Shown: one piece after another, positions 29,039 to 38,530 of the stretch
How positions within the stretch are numbered: position 1 is the first letter of the stretch
Layout of the letters: each line of letters opens with the position of its first letter
Virus record (IMG/VR): IMGVR_UViG_3300009181_000033
Span: 62,001-126,000 of that record
Length of the DNA stretch: 64,000 nt
Reading direction: 5' to 3' (one strand)
Made by a program: the position numbers and the translations under genes
Notes under the pieces: generated by a model
What the model saw: only the letters and a program-made list of their open reading frames with translations
Database searches by the model: none
What the model was told of the DNA's origin: nothing

Positions 29039-29112
29039 GAGCCACCTGTCGGAATCGAACCGACGACCTACGGGTTAAAAGCCCGCTGCTCTACCGACTG
29101 AGATACAGTCCC
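29039..29112 (-). pseudogene. chimeric tRNA: Lys(TTT) 5' half fused to the 3' half of a GCCACCT/AGGTGGC (Thr-type) tRNA
   Basis: Acceptor strands GGGACTG and AGGTGGC do not pair; AGGTGGC pairs with GCCACCT at 29774-29780. Confidence 0.8.
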
Positions 29113-29148
29113 ATGACGTCAATCTAAGCGAGGCGACCCCAGTGGGAA

Positions 29149-29232
29149 TGGAGCCTGAGGTCAGATTCGAACTGACGTGGGTTACCCGCCGCGTTACAAA
29201 TGCGGTCCAATCGACCTCTATGGGACTCAGGC
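29149..29232 (-). tRNA. tRNA-Thr(TGT) with atypical long variable arm
   Basis: GCCTGAG/CTCAGGC, TTTGTAA loop, GGGTAACCC extra arm, T73-CCA. Confidence 0.8.
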
Positions 29233-29703
29233 TTGATTCTTGAATTCTCTGTTACCTTTTCTTATTCGTGTTGATGTTTTTTCTTTTGATGATCTTCCCC
29301 AATTTCTAAAGTTAGGTGTTAGTGCGTGACAGTTAGGACATAATACTCTAAGATTTTCTTTTGTATTATTAGTATGATTACCGTCGATATGATCGATTTC
29401 TAGAATTGTCTGTCCATTATCTCGTGTCTTATTATAACCGCATTGAGAACAAGTATTATTCGCTTCTTGCAATAATCGTTCTCGTCGTTTACCGTAACCC
29501 AGCTTTTCAAAAGGAACCGAAGACCAATCAGTATAAGAATGTTGATTCTTTGCTTCTTTACCTCTTCTCGACTTCATTGCTTCGTAAAAAGCTTCTGTCT
29601 TGGGAGGAACAGCAATCCTATCAGGGTTTTCCTTACAGTGCCTTTCATGATATTTCAATCCTCTTTTTCCACATTCTCTTGAACAATATTTACATGTATC
29701 CAT
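29227..29703 (-). CDS. HNH homing endonuclease
   Basis: CSQCG, LEIDHIDGN..NN..ENLRVLCPNCH; stop codon lies inside tRNA-Thr. Confidence 0.9.
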   Translation of the reverse strand: MDTCKYCSRECGKRGLKYHERHCKENPDRIAVPPKTEAFYEAMKSRRGKEAKNQHSYTDWSSVPFEKLGYGKRRERLLQEANNTCSQCGYNKTRDNGQTILEIDHIDGNHTNNTKENLRVLCPNCHALTPNFRNWGRSSKEKTSTRIRKGNREFKNQA

Positions 29704-29747
29704 ATTACTAAGTATTAGTTACATGCAACCGTTGACCAAAAAAAGTG

Positions 29748-29780
29748 AAACCGTTGCTCTACCAGCTGAGCTAAGGTGGC
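29748..29780 (-). pseudogene. orphan tRNA 5' half (Thr-type), broken in the anticodon loop
   Basis: GCCACCTTAGCTCAGCTGGTAGAGCAACGGTTT followed by unrelated sequence. Confidence 0.8.
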
Positions 29781-29815
29781 GGGTTGTGGGCGGGTTGTTT
29801 CCGCCCGAGGTGTGT

Positions 29816-30520
29816 TTATCCGTTCATCGTCTTGGAGGGCTTGACGGTGTCGTCGCTCCTGGTGATGAGCTCAACATCGGAGGTGAAGAGGTAGATGGGC
29901 TTGCGGCCTTCGATCTCCACGTAGCATCTGATGCGCTGTGAGCTGTCGACGATGCCGGTGAGTCCGATGAAGCGAGGATCTCCGCCGATGATGCGGACGA
30001 GGTCGCCTTGTTCGATCCTGACGTTGCGAGATCGCTCGGTGGCGGCGACACGGTTGTGATGTTGGAGATGGAGTGAAATTGATGCGATGGTGGCTGCATC
30101 GAAGTTGGAGATGATGTCGCTGAAGATGACAGCGGCTTGGTCGTTGAGCTTCGGCAGCTTGGCGCCGGCCTTCTCGACCTTCTTCATGTGTGCCGGCTTC
30201 TTGTTGTCGTTGAGAGCCTGTAGCGCTGCCAGCTTCTCTGCCTTGGCTGCAGCTCGGGCGCCGCGCCGGTCGGCACGCTCTGCCTCGAGCTTGGAGAGCT
30301 TGTTGGCCTTGTTTGCCTCGCGGGTGGCCTTGCGCTCGGCCTTTGCCTCGTCGTCGGTGGATGGCGACTTCTTGCCCTTGGCAAGTTCGGCCTTGACAGG
30401 CTTTGCCATGGCAACGGCCGGCTCGGAGGAAGCGGATGCGTCCTTGGCAGCCTTGCGAGCCTTGGCAGCAGCGAGAGCCTTATCGATTGCGGAGAGCTTG
30501 GTCGTGTCAGTCATTTCCAT
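29816..30520 (-). CDS. Lys/Ala-rich protein with C-terminal KOW motif
   Basis: Histone-H1-like N-terminus; IEQGDLVRIIGGD..FIGLTGIV. Confidence 0.75.
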   Translation of the reverse strand: MEMTDTTKLSAIDKALAAAKARKAAKDASASSEPAVAMAKPVKAELAKGKKSPSTDDEAKAERKATREANKANKLSKLEAERADRRGARAAAKAEKLAALQALNDNKKPAHMKKVEKAGAKLPKLNDQAAVIFSDIISNFDAATIASISLHLQHHNRVAATERSRNVRIEQGDLVRIIGGDPRFIGLTGIVDSSQRIRCYVEIEGRKPIYLFTSDVELITRSDDTVKPSKTMNG

Positions 30521-30861
30521 ATTCCTTGTTGTTTGGTTGCCGTTACTTTCTTAATTTACTCTGTGGTTGCCGACTTTGCACCGACTATTTTTCGTTTGCG
30601 ATTTTAATTTCTTCCTCCGTTGGAGGGCGCAGTTTGAAGCTGGAGGAAGGAATGACGAAGATTCCGTCGTAGATGAGATCCCCTGCCATGTTGAGGCAAC
30701 CCCCGATGGTGTCGATGATGGGGAAGGTCTCGCCGATGTAGTGATTCACGTAGACTCGTTTATTGACGTCGAAGTATATCCAGTCTTTGGTGAGTACCGC
30801 CATCAGGCGAGGTGTCGTGTTGTTGAGTTTTGGATAGAGAGGCTTTTGCTTTTCTTCCATG

Positions 30862-31212
30862 TCAGTAGTGTCCTGGTCGAGTGGTGTGACCCGACCAGGC
30901 GGTACCGTCCCAGATGTATGCATGTTCTGTGCCAAAATCTGGCCAAGCTTCTCGAAGCATCTCGTCGAGGTTGTCGTAGAAGACGAATTCCTTGTCTTCC
31001 CCACGATCCCTGGCGTATGCCACGGTCTCGGCGAGGGTGTCACCCAAGGAGCTCAGGTTGCCGAGCTCCACGAGTTCTCGAGCTAGCTTGGATGAGTTGT
31101 AATGATTCGTGAGGGTTGCGCCTACTCCCTCAGGGCGGCCGTCGTAGTGACAGTAAACGCCCTCGATGGATCCGTTAGCGTGAATGATTCCGATGCATGA
31201 GCGAGTTGACAT
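30862..31212 (-). CDS. conserved-looking phage hypothetical protein
   Basis: MSTRS.IG...GVYCHYDG.PEGVG..L. Confidence 0.75.
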   Translation of the reverse strand: MSTRSCIGIIHANGSIEGVYCHYDGRPEGVGATLTNHYNSSKLARELVELGNLSSLGDTLAETVAYARDRGEDKEFVFYDNLDEMLREAWPDFGTEHAYIWDGTAWSGHTTRPGHY

Positions 31213-31221
31213 GTGTACCTT

Positions 31222-31452
31222 TCAGTGATTGGATGCGAGGGCGAGAGGTTGGACTTCGGTGCGTAGTCTCTGGACGGTGGAGAGGAAGCCGATGTAGGCT
31301 TCGTCGATGGCATCGATCTCCCTGAAGTCAGGGTCGGTGGCGTTCTCCTCCAGGACTTGCAGCTCTTTGATGCGATTCTTCATCTGTCTCAGCTCGAATT
31401 CGAGTGAGGTGAGGTGAGACATCTTCAGGGTGTAGAACAGCTGAGGAATCAT
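31222..31452 (-). CDS. hypothetical protein
   Basis: RBS AAAGGAA, GC3 codon pattern. Confidence 0.6.
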   Translation of the reverse strand: MIPQLFYTLKMSHLTSLEFELRQMKNRIKELQVLEENATDPDFREIDAIDEAYIGFLSTVQRLRTEVQPLALASNH

Positions 31453-31463
31453 TCTTTTTCCTT

Positions 31464-31721
31464 TCAGTAGGAAGCCTGGCGACAGATGACTGGCTTTTGG
31501 CTTGACGGCATTAGGAGCCTCTTCTTGTAGCCGTTTCCGACATTGATGCAGTTGAAGTAGAAGACTGCTTGAGCCAGATCACCACGGAACGAGTAGCGGG
31601 TTCGGTAGCTACCCTTGCTGTACCGGCCGACCTGCACGAGGAACTCGGTGGCGGAGGAGTATGCAATGTGCTTGCCGTTGAGTGTTGCGGTCTTGAGGTT
31701 CGTCTGCATTCCGTTCATCAT
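31464..31721 (-). CDS. hypothetical protein
   Basis: GTGCAAAGTCAAC promoter upstream. Confidence 0.7.
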   Translation of the reverse strand: MMNGMQTNLKTATLNGKHIAYSSATEFLVQVGRYSKGSYRTRYSFRGDLAQAVFYFNCINVGNGYKKRLLMPSSQKPVICRQASY

Positions 31722-31963
31722 GATCTTAATCTACCTTGAGGATTGTTGACTTTGCACTCAGTCGAGAGAGGCCTTCAGATTCGCGATGCCGATCTCGAAC
31801 GCCCGGATGTCGAGAGGATCCGTGGCGGTACGCAGGGACTCCGTCATGCTGTCGAGCAGCGTTCGACGGTATTCCACCGGCAGATTGGTGAGGTCGAGCT
31901 TCTTAACTTCGGATCGGTTGGCTTCCATGGTTCTACTCTATCAGGTTGAGGTGGAACTTTTCA

Positions 31964-32188
31964 CTACCTGCCCCATTGCTGAGGAATCGACTTTCGAAGA
32001 ATCTCGAGGATTCCGCCGAAGTTGCCCAAATCATCATCATCATCGAGATCATCTAGTGCGGCACGAATCCGCTTCGCCTCCTCGAGGGTCATGCACATGG
32101 AGACACAGTCAGACTTACCTGGCACACCTGGTACATACTTTGTGATGATCATGATCTCTTTGTACTCCTTCTCAGTTGAGCTTTTCAC
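31964..32188 (-). CDS. hypothetical protein
   Basis: ORF track; real start may be an internal Met after a GTGAAA promoter variant. Confidence 0.5.
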   Translation of the reverse strand: MKSSTEKEYKEIMIITKYVPGVPGKSDCVSMCMTLEEAKRIRAALDDLDDDDDLGNFGGILEILRKSIPQQWGR

Positions 32189-32535
32189 ACTCGGCCGATG
32201 GCGGAAAGGAACTGCTTCTTCGCCTCGGCGCCGAGGACCGCACCGACCATCACGTAGAGCGCCTCGCGGAAGGACGTGAACTTGGCGAGGGTCGCCGAGA
32301 ACTCCATGACGTGGTTACCGTGGATGGGGGAGATGTAGGAGGCGTTCCGTTTGACCGCGTCATTGATCTCATCGAGTGAGCGGACGAGGCGACATCCGAT
32401 ACTCTCAAGTTCCTCAGCGTGTCGATCGACCGTCGCGGCGATGGTCAGGAGGTCGCACTGTGTGAGGGTCCACTCCCTCTCGTTGGGGGAGATGAGGGTG
32501 AGAACAGCGTTCTCGAACTTATTGGTGTTGTTCAT
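32185..32535 (-). CDS. hypothetical protein
   Basis: GTGCAA promoter 36 nt upstream. Confidence 0.7.
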   Translation of the reverse strand: MNNTNKFENAVLTLISPNEREWTLTQCDLLTIAATVDRHAEELESIGCRLVRSLDEINDAVKRNASYISPIHGNHVMEFSATLAKFTSFREALYVMVGAVLGAEAKKQFLSAIGRV

Positions 32536-33049
32536 AGATTAGTTATACTTCAGCGAATGTTGACTTTGCACTCACATGCAGAAGAAGAGCACCACGGTGG
32601 CGTAGAAGCAAGCTAGTGTGAAGCACCCGACGATTCCGTACGCCACCGTCCGCACCGCGAACTGCGCGGGAGAGATGCGTTCACCACGGCTGTTCACCAT
32701 CAGTTCCTTCAGCTCGTCAACCATGAGACAAGTGTACTCCGCAGAATGTTGACCTTGCACCGCTCCAAAAATATTTTTTATTTTCTTCCCTCCCCAGGAC
32801 CCTCCGACAATCCCCGGACTGCATCCCCAGGCTGCCCAGGATGCCCTCAGAATAGTCTTTGCCACCAGGACGGGTTGACATCCATGCCGGCATTTGAAAA
32901 CACTCCTGAAGGCATCCTGGCGCAAGTATGTCAAAGAGCGGGATTAGAATGGTGTCAAATCTGACCCATGGGTCTATCTCGAATCAGCTTGTTTTCAAAT
33001 GCCGGGTATGACAATAAATGTCACATTGACATGTGCTTTTTTGTGTACT

Positions 33050-33277
33050 TTAGAGAGCAGATGGGACAGTGGGTCTAGGGGGTAGGATGACTTCCTCGTC
33101 GTCGATGATTGAGGTGTCGATGAGATCGTTCATGTCCTTAGCAGACCTCTTAAGGTAATACCTCCCGCCGTCAACCGAAATGGAACCACACTTGCAGGTG
33201 ACGAAGTCATGCACGCCTCTGCTCTCGATGTTGTCGCTGCACTTCCTGCATTGAGCTGAGTTTCTGAGGATGCCCAT
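33050..33277 (-). CDS. small Zn-ribbon phage protein
   Basis: RNSAQCRKC.D.IES..HDFVTCKCG.ISVDGG; start at MGILRN. Confidence 0.75.
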   Translation of the reverse strand: MGILRNSAQCRKCSDNIESRGVHDFVTCKCGSISVDGGRYYLKRSAKDMNDLIDTSIIDDEEVILPPRPTVPSAL

Positions 33278-33290
33278 GGTGTTAAGCCTT

Positions 33291-34607
33291 TCAGCGCCAG
33301 GCGCCGTTGATCTGCTTCGCGTTGTCCATCTGGACGAGGACGTCCGAGGTGTGGAAGTGCATCTTGCAACCCTTGCCAAGGACGTAGCCTCGGCGGATCC
33401 TCGAGGGACCAGGAGCTGCACACTCTCCGTCGGTCATGATGAGCAAGCCATCCCAGCGGCCACGGTTCTTCGGATCGTTGGCGAGCTGAGTGGGAGCATT
33501 GAAGTCGGTTCCGCCACCACGAACCCTCTTGGCAGGAATGTTTGCGCCCTTGCGCCAGGTGTAGACATCCTTGTTGAGAGCGATCGTGTCGAAGGGAACA
33601 ACGTCGATGGTGACGTTCTTGGTGAGGCTACCGAGTTCACCGAAGAATTCTGCCAGCATGTTGTTGCTGACCGATCCCGACTGATCGATGGCGACAAGGA
33701 TCTTGGCTACGTAGCCTTTCTTGACGCCTGGGTGGATGTAAGGGTAGCGCTTGTTGATTCGCTTGATCGAGGTGCTGCGGCCGCCCTTGACGAGGTTGCC
33801 GACGAACTGGCGAAGGACGTTCCGCCAATTGATCACGGTGGTGATCGACTTGCGGATGGCTTCAATCATGTCGGCCGACATGTTTCCCCAGCCATTGGCC
33901 TGGGCGTCGGCGTGCTTGGCTGCCTTCTCGACCATTGCCCTGACCTTGCCTTCAACGTATTCACGCTTCTCCTCCGGAATGCTGTCCCAGGCGTCATGGT
34001 CGTCCATCGAGACAATGATGTTGCCTTCCCCGGTGAGTTCTTCGGGAGTCATGCCTTGCTTCTCGGCTTCCTCCTTGATCTTTTCGAAGTACCATTCGGA
34101 AGACTGCATGGGTGGAAGCTTGGCGATGATCTCCGCCAGCTTCATGCCCTGCTTCTCGTCTGCCGTGAAGTCTCGGCCTTCGGGGTGCTTTGGGAAGACA
34201 CCGGGAACGAGTGCGAATTCGGGGAGGATGCGATCACCCGTGACGTGGGAGGAATATTGCTTATTTTCCTTGTCGAGGAGGATGGAGTTAATGGCAAGAT
34301 CGGTGGCGACGTTCCAAAGTTGGGGTGGTGTCTTGCGGCGTGCCTGGACGTGGCCGAACACGAGGTGATAGTATTCGTGATTGATGACACCACGGATCTC
34401 GCGTGGCGAGAGGGAACCGAAGAATTCCGGGTTCCAGTACATCACGATTTCGTCGTTCTTCTCATTGAAGGCGACCGCGGCTGTGGGGATCGATCGAGTC
34501 GGAGTCTTCTGGATATGTCTGCTGAGCTCTGCGAAGAAAGGAGAATCCTGCAGGAAAGAAATGAGATGCCTGTCAAGGTTGAAATCCGTCTCAGCTTGAG
34601 TGAACAT
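33291..34607 (-). CDS. DUF2201-type HExxH metallopeptidase + VWA domain protein
   Basis: INHEYYH, NVATDLAIN, MIDAS DQSGS, GGGT, TDG. Confidence 0.9.
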   Translation of the reverse strand: MFTQAETDFNLDRHLISFLQDSPFFAELSRHIQKTPTRSIPTAAVAFNEKNDEIVMYWNPEFFGSLSPREIRGVINHEYYHLVFGHVQARRKTPPQLWNVATDLAINSILLDKENKQYSSHVTGDRILPEFALVPGVFPKHPEGRDFTADEKQGMKLAEIIAKLPPMQSSEWYFEKIKEEAEKQGMTPEELTGEGNIIVSMDDHDAWDSIPEEKREYVEGKVRAMVEKAAKHADAQANGWGNMSADMIEAIRKSITTVINWRNVLRQFVGNLVKGGRSTSIKRINKRYPYIHPGVKKGYVAKILVAIDQSGSVSNNMLAEFFGELGSLTKNVTIDVVPFDTIALNKDVYTWRKGANIPAKRVRGGGTDFNAPTQLANDPKNRGRWDGLLIMTDGECAAPGPSRIRRGYVLGKGCKMHFHTSDVLVQMDNAKQINGAWR

Positions 34608-34686
34608 AAATTACCCTTATCACTGAAGGTGCGGACTTTGCACCGGTGGTCAAAACAATTTCTTTCCCACAAGATCCTATTTAAAT

Positions 34687-34956
34687 TCAGTCGAATCTCT
34701 TCACTGTCACAGTTGTCGTGGTGACGACTTCCTCGGTGCAAACTCTGAAGTTCTCCTTGGGAATGTCCCAGTAGAACCATCTGAGATTGCCGTTCGACAG
34801 GAGCTGAGTATTGCTATATTCCCCGAATATATACTCAGTTCCTGCCGGCACAACGGTGATGGTCTCTGACTGGAGATTATTATATGACCATTCCTTTGTG
34901 AGGATGGCCACCTTACGCGTATTTTTTGAGGTGGATGTTTCGCTCTTGCTGCCCAT
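34687..34956 (-). CDS. hypothetical protein
   Basis: ORF track; start approximate. Confidence 0.5.
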   Translation of the reverse strand: MGSKSETSTSKNTRKVAILTKEWSYNNLQSETITVVPAGTEYIFGEYSNTQLLSNGNLRWFYWDIPKENFRVCTEEVVTTTTVTVKRFD

Positions 34957-35113
34957 GGTGTACATCCTAAAATGCTGTTGAGCAATCTTACAACTATTTT
35001 TAGAAAATCATTTTAAGCAGATCATCTGCTCCCAGGAGGGAACATCAAAGCTACTGAGCCTATCACGATTGTGATCCAAAAAATGGAAACTATGATATCG
35101 CTCATGGCAGGTT

Positions 35114-35335
35114 TCAGATTGGATTCTTTTCGAGAGCCTCGAGTGTTGCTTCTGTGACCCGCTGTTCTCTTCTCTGGAGGAGCTCTAACCAGGATTCATC
35201 TGAACTGATCATTGCTTGGATCGTCTGGGTGACGGCGTCTGTGATCTGATCGTTAACTCCGTTGGGAAAAGACATGTGATTGAGCAGAAGCACGATGAGC
35301 TCTTCGTTGGTGTAACGTTTTGTGATGGACAACAT
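35114..35335 (-). CDS. hypothetical protein
   Basis: RBS AAAGGTG. Confidence 0.55.
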   Translation of the reverse strand: MLSITKRYTNEELIVLLLNHMSFPNGVNDQITDAVTQTIQAMISSDESWLELLQRREQRVTEATLEALEKNPI

Positions 35336-35553
35336 GTTTCACCTTTTCATGGCGCTGAGCTTGCCCAGTACCTTCTCCAAAGAGCCTTGTCGAACCTTTA
35401 AATCATTCTCTTCCTCAGAGTCCTCGAGGGTACTGTATAATCGAAGCTCAATCTCATCCAGCTTGTAACGGACGAGCGTGTGTAGGTGTGTGATGTCGAT
35501 ATTGTCTAGCATAGCCCAAGCATTTTAAGACATCTTTTTTCATTGTACAAATT

Positions 35554-35628
35554 TGGTGGATCCAGTGGGATTCGAACCTACAGCCTACGGGTTAAAAGCC
35601 CGCTGCACTACCGTTGTGCTATGGATCC
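35554..35628 (-). tRNA. tRNA-Lys(TTT)
   Basis: Complete cloverleaf with CCA. Confidence 0.92.
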
Positions 35629-35688
35629 AGAAAAGAAAAGAGAAGGAGGAGCATTAAGGAAGCTTGGGCTAGAAGAAAAGCTGAGAAA

Positions 35689-36465
35689 TCAAGAACATTG
35701 GATGATGCCTTTCTCATAGAGACCTCGGTTGTTGATACCAAGGACGTACGTCCTGCCTGACGTACCAAACCTATTTTTAGAAACTGTGAAGATTCTCTCA
35801 CCGTATGTCTCCGACTTCTTCTCAAGGTCCACGTAGACCTCACCTCTCACGTCGACGGCATGCAGGATTGTGTTCTTTCCTGCGAAGACGGCCGGTCCAT
35901 TGCCGTGGCTTTTTGTCACCTGACCGATGAAGATCACAACACCGAAGTTCTTCTTGGCCCAGTCGGTCAAAGCCTCGACCGAACGGACGGCCGTCATGGA
36001 ATTCGTGAGGGCACCGTTGTACTTGCCATCGTCCAGGGTCTGAAGCGAGTCCTGGAGGATGAACACCTGCTTGCCGGGGTTCGCCTTGCGGAGAGAATCG
36101 GCATGCTTCAGCAGGTCGCTGACCAAGGTGTCCTGTCCGACGACGAAGCCGTTGCGGAGACCGAGGCGCTCCACGACCATCTTGACCTGATAGAGGCTTT
36201 CCTCACCGGTATTGTAGAGACAGATGTGACCGGCTGAGGTGATGGCGTTGGCAAGCTGGAGGAGCAAGGTTGTCTTGCCGGCGCCAGGGGTGCCGGTGAG
36301 CATCATGACGGAGGAGGGCACGAAGCCGTCACCGCCGAGGGCGTCGTCGAACCAGGAGATGCCGACCTTCTTGCGATCGCGGAGAGCATCGGGGACCTGG
36401 ATGTCCATGATGTTCATGCCGCGCTTGAGACCACGAATTCCGACGTTCAGATTCATCTTCGACAT
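35689..36465 (-). CDS. RadA/Sms-like RecA-family ATPase (core only)
   Basis: GTPGAGKT, GEES, DSLQT, GQVTK, LHAVD and KNRFG signature; no Zn finger or Lon-like domain. Confidence 0.85.
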   Translation of the reverse strand: MSKMNLNVGIRGLKRGMNIMDIQVPDALRDRKKVGISWFDDALGGDGFVPSSVMMLTGTPGAGKTTLLLQLANAITSAGHICLYNTGEESLYQVKMVVERLGLRNGFVVGQDTLVSDLLKHADSLRKANPGKQVFILQDSLQTLDDGKYNGALTNSMTAVRSVEALTDWAKKNFGVVIFIGQVTKSHGNGPAVFAGKNTILHAVDVRGEVYVDLEKKSETYGERIFTVSKNRFGTSGRTYVLGINNRGLYEKGIIQCS

Positions 36466-36802
36466 TTCGATTTCCTCTCGGCGTTCCGGGTTACTCTCTT
36501 AACCTATCATGCCGGTTGCAGACCTTGCACCAGGCACCCAACTTTTTATTGAACCACGATAGAATACGCGGGTCGAGAGAGATTCATGGAGCACCTCACC
36601 CCGCTCTCATTGAAGACGACGTCGACGAACGAACAGGCCGAACCGCCTTCGTAGCCAGCGGCCGCAAGATCGTAGTCCTGCAAGTCGTAGACCATGCGAG
36701 TGTAGCAGTCGGACGTGGTCGTTGCAAGACGACCGTTCACCTTGAGGAGCGTTCCCTTGTTCATAGTTAAGTTGTACCTTGCTGGTTGCAGACCTTGCAC
36801 CA

Positions 36803-37237
36803 TCAATCGAAAATAGGCTCAAAGTCACGCAAATTTGAGGCGAGATAAATCCTTCCGCCCACGAGGAACTTGAAGCGCTGGACTCTCCTCGTGCTCTTCC
36901 CCAGGTTCCAAGGGGATTCTTCCACGCGACAGTCGCCCATGTATACCGCGAGGGTTCCACTCTCAATCATCCGGACACTAACACGTGAACCGATCTTGGC
37001 GGAGACAAGGTAGGAGTGCTCGTGTCGACGGTAGATTTTCTCGTCGAAGCGGGCATCCTCGTATAAATGAATTCTGTTATTCCAGAGCGAACCCACCGTG
37101 AGGTGCGGGGCGCGGATCTCCATTTCCTCGTCAGTGCTGTAATCGTGGACCAACGGAAATGGCAGGAGTTCCTTAGGTCGGGAGACCTGATCATCTTTCC
37201 ACTGGACCTTGGGACGGCTAGTTCGATAATAGCTCAT
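36803..37237 (-). CDS. hypothetical protein
   Basis: ATGA overlap; TVGSLW..GTLAVY. Confidence 0.6.
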   Translation of the reverse strand: MSYYRTSRPKVQWKDDQVSRPKELLPFPLVHDYSTDEEMEIRAPHLTVGSLWNNRIHLYEDARFDEKIYRRHEHSYLVSAKIGSRVSVRMIESGTLAVYMGDCRVEESPWNLGKSTRRVQRFKFLVGGRIYLASNLRDFEPIFD

Positions 37238-37434
37238 GTCTCCACCCTGGAATTGTTTTCGAAGGCCACCTGGAGAGAACAGGGCTCGAGGACGAAAGTG
37301 TCGTACCCACTTACCACGACGGCCATGCCTTCACGGGTGATATCAACCCATCGCCCAGTACGCCCCTCGGCCGTGATGACGTACGACCCCAACTGAGGGA
37401 TCTTCGACGTCTTTCTTCTCTCGTTCCAGTTCAC
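37234..37434 (-). CDS. hypothetical protein
   Basis: GTGCAA promoter 36 nt upstream. Confidence 0.65.
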   Translation of the reverse strand: MNWNERRKTSKIPQLGSYVITAEGRTGRWVDITREGMAVVVSGYDTFVLEPCSLQVAFENNSRVET

Positions 37435-37607
37435 TTTCTTAATCTACTCCGCCAACCGCCAAACTTGCACCAACCACAAAAAATATTTGAAGGCCTGAAA
37501 CAATACCCCCAAATCCCCGCACCCGCGACCGGTCGGAAACCATCCCCAGAAGAGCCCAGAATGCCCTCAGAATAGCTTTACTCCCAATGCCATAGGTTCT
37601 TTTGTCG

Positions 37608-37970
37608 TTAGCCAGAAAGTTTTTTCTTGGCTAGCTTCTTCATCGGCAAGAGAATATCCTGGCATGCGTGGTTTAACACCATCCTCTTGCGGTTGAGCTT
37701 CTGGCTCCTCGTGGGAGGAGTGGATCCACCCTCTTCAGGAAACAAGCCAAATGTCTTCATTGTCGCAGGCTTGTTAACCCTGGGCTTCTCCAGCCTCTTC
37801 TTCACAAGCGTACGCCAGATCTTCCGAAACTTTCTCTTCATCACAAGAGCCTCATCAGGGGGAAGGCTTGACAAGACGATGCAGATGTCATTGCTCACAG
37901 GTTCAATGGGCGCAATTCCCATCATGTGCCAAATGGCATTGAGCAACATCCGATCATGTTCGTTATTCAT
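37608..37970 (-). CDS. basic hypothetical protein
   Basis: KRKFRKIWR; start likely MNNEHD. Confidence 0.6.
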   Translation of the reverse strand: MNNEHDRMLLNAIWHMMGIAPIEPVSNDICIVLSSLPPDEALVMKRKFRKIWRTLVKKRLEKPRVNKPATMKTFGLFPEEGGSTPPTRSQKLNRKRMVLNHACQDILLPMKKLAKKKLSG

Positions 37971-37972
37971 TT

Positions 37973-38530
37973 TCAATTTCCCCTGGATACAGACCACTTC
38001 AGGTAAGTCTTCAAACACGCTAGCTTCAGAGAATCAAATGCTTCCTTTCGAACCGTTAGCTTGAGCCTCTTCGCCAACTTCCATCCCCTGTGCCACGCCT
38101 CGATCTCTTCCTCAACACAAGCGACCTTGTGCTGGAAGGTCCTGTTGACACCCGGATGACTCATGAACGGATAACCCATTCCGAATCGATCGTGATTTTC
38201 GTTCGAATTAATCAGGAAGTGACCACACTCGTGGAGCAGGTACATGAACTGGTTCTCAGGTTTCGCCGAAGAACAGATGGAGATGTTCTTGTTTTCATGG
38301 TCGTAGGCACCTGCTAGCTTTGACTTGAAGGTTACCGAGATTCCTTTTGAGGCGCACCAATTAACCAAACGATCGAGATTGCGAATAGAAACAGTATCAA
38401 CACACCATTGCATCTCCAGGGTTGTCTTGGCCGTCCCGGAACGCAGGTCCCGCTGAAAGCGGTCCCACGCCCGGGTACGCCAGAGCTCCCTATCAAAGCT
38501 CCGACCGGCCGTCGATGACATCGACATCAC
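37973..38530 (-). CDS. HExxH zincin-like metallopeptidase (ImmA/IrrE-like)
   Basis: LLHECGH...EEEIEAW. Confidence 0.75.
   Translation of the reverse strand: MMSMSSTAGRSFDRELWRTRAWDRFQRDLRSGTAKTTLEMQWCVDTVSIRNLDRLVNWCASKGISVTFKSKLAGAYDHENKNISICSSAKPENQFMYLLHECGHFLINSNENHDRFGMGYPFMSHPGVNRTFQHKVACVEEEIEAWHRGWKLAKRLKLTVRKEAFDSLKLACLKTYLKWSVSRGN

Noticed and set aside
29074-29747. Self-splicing group I intron in the split tRNA
   Set aside because: The interval is filled by the HNH ORF and tRNA sequences, with no recognisable P/Q/R/S core.
33270-34724. 484-aa plus-strand ORF and other long antisense ORFs (60225-61142, 38422-39192)
   Set aside because: They are shadows of GC3-biased genes on the opposite strand and have no motifs.
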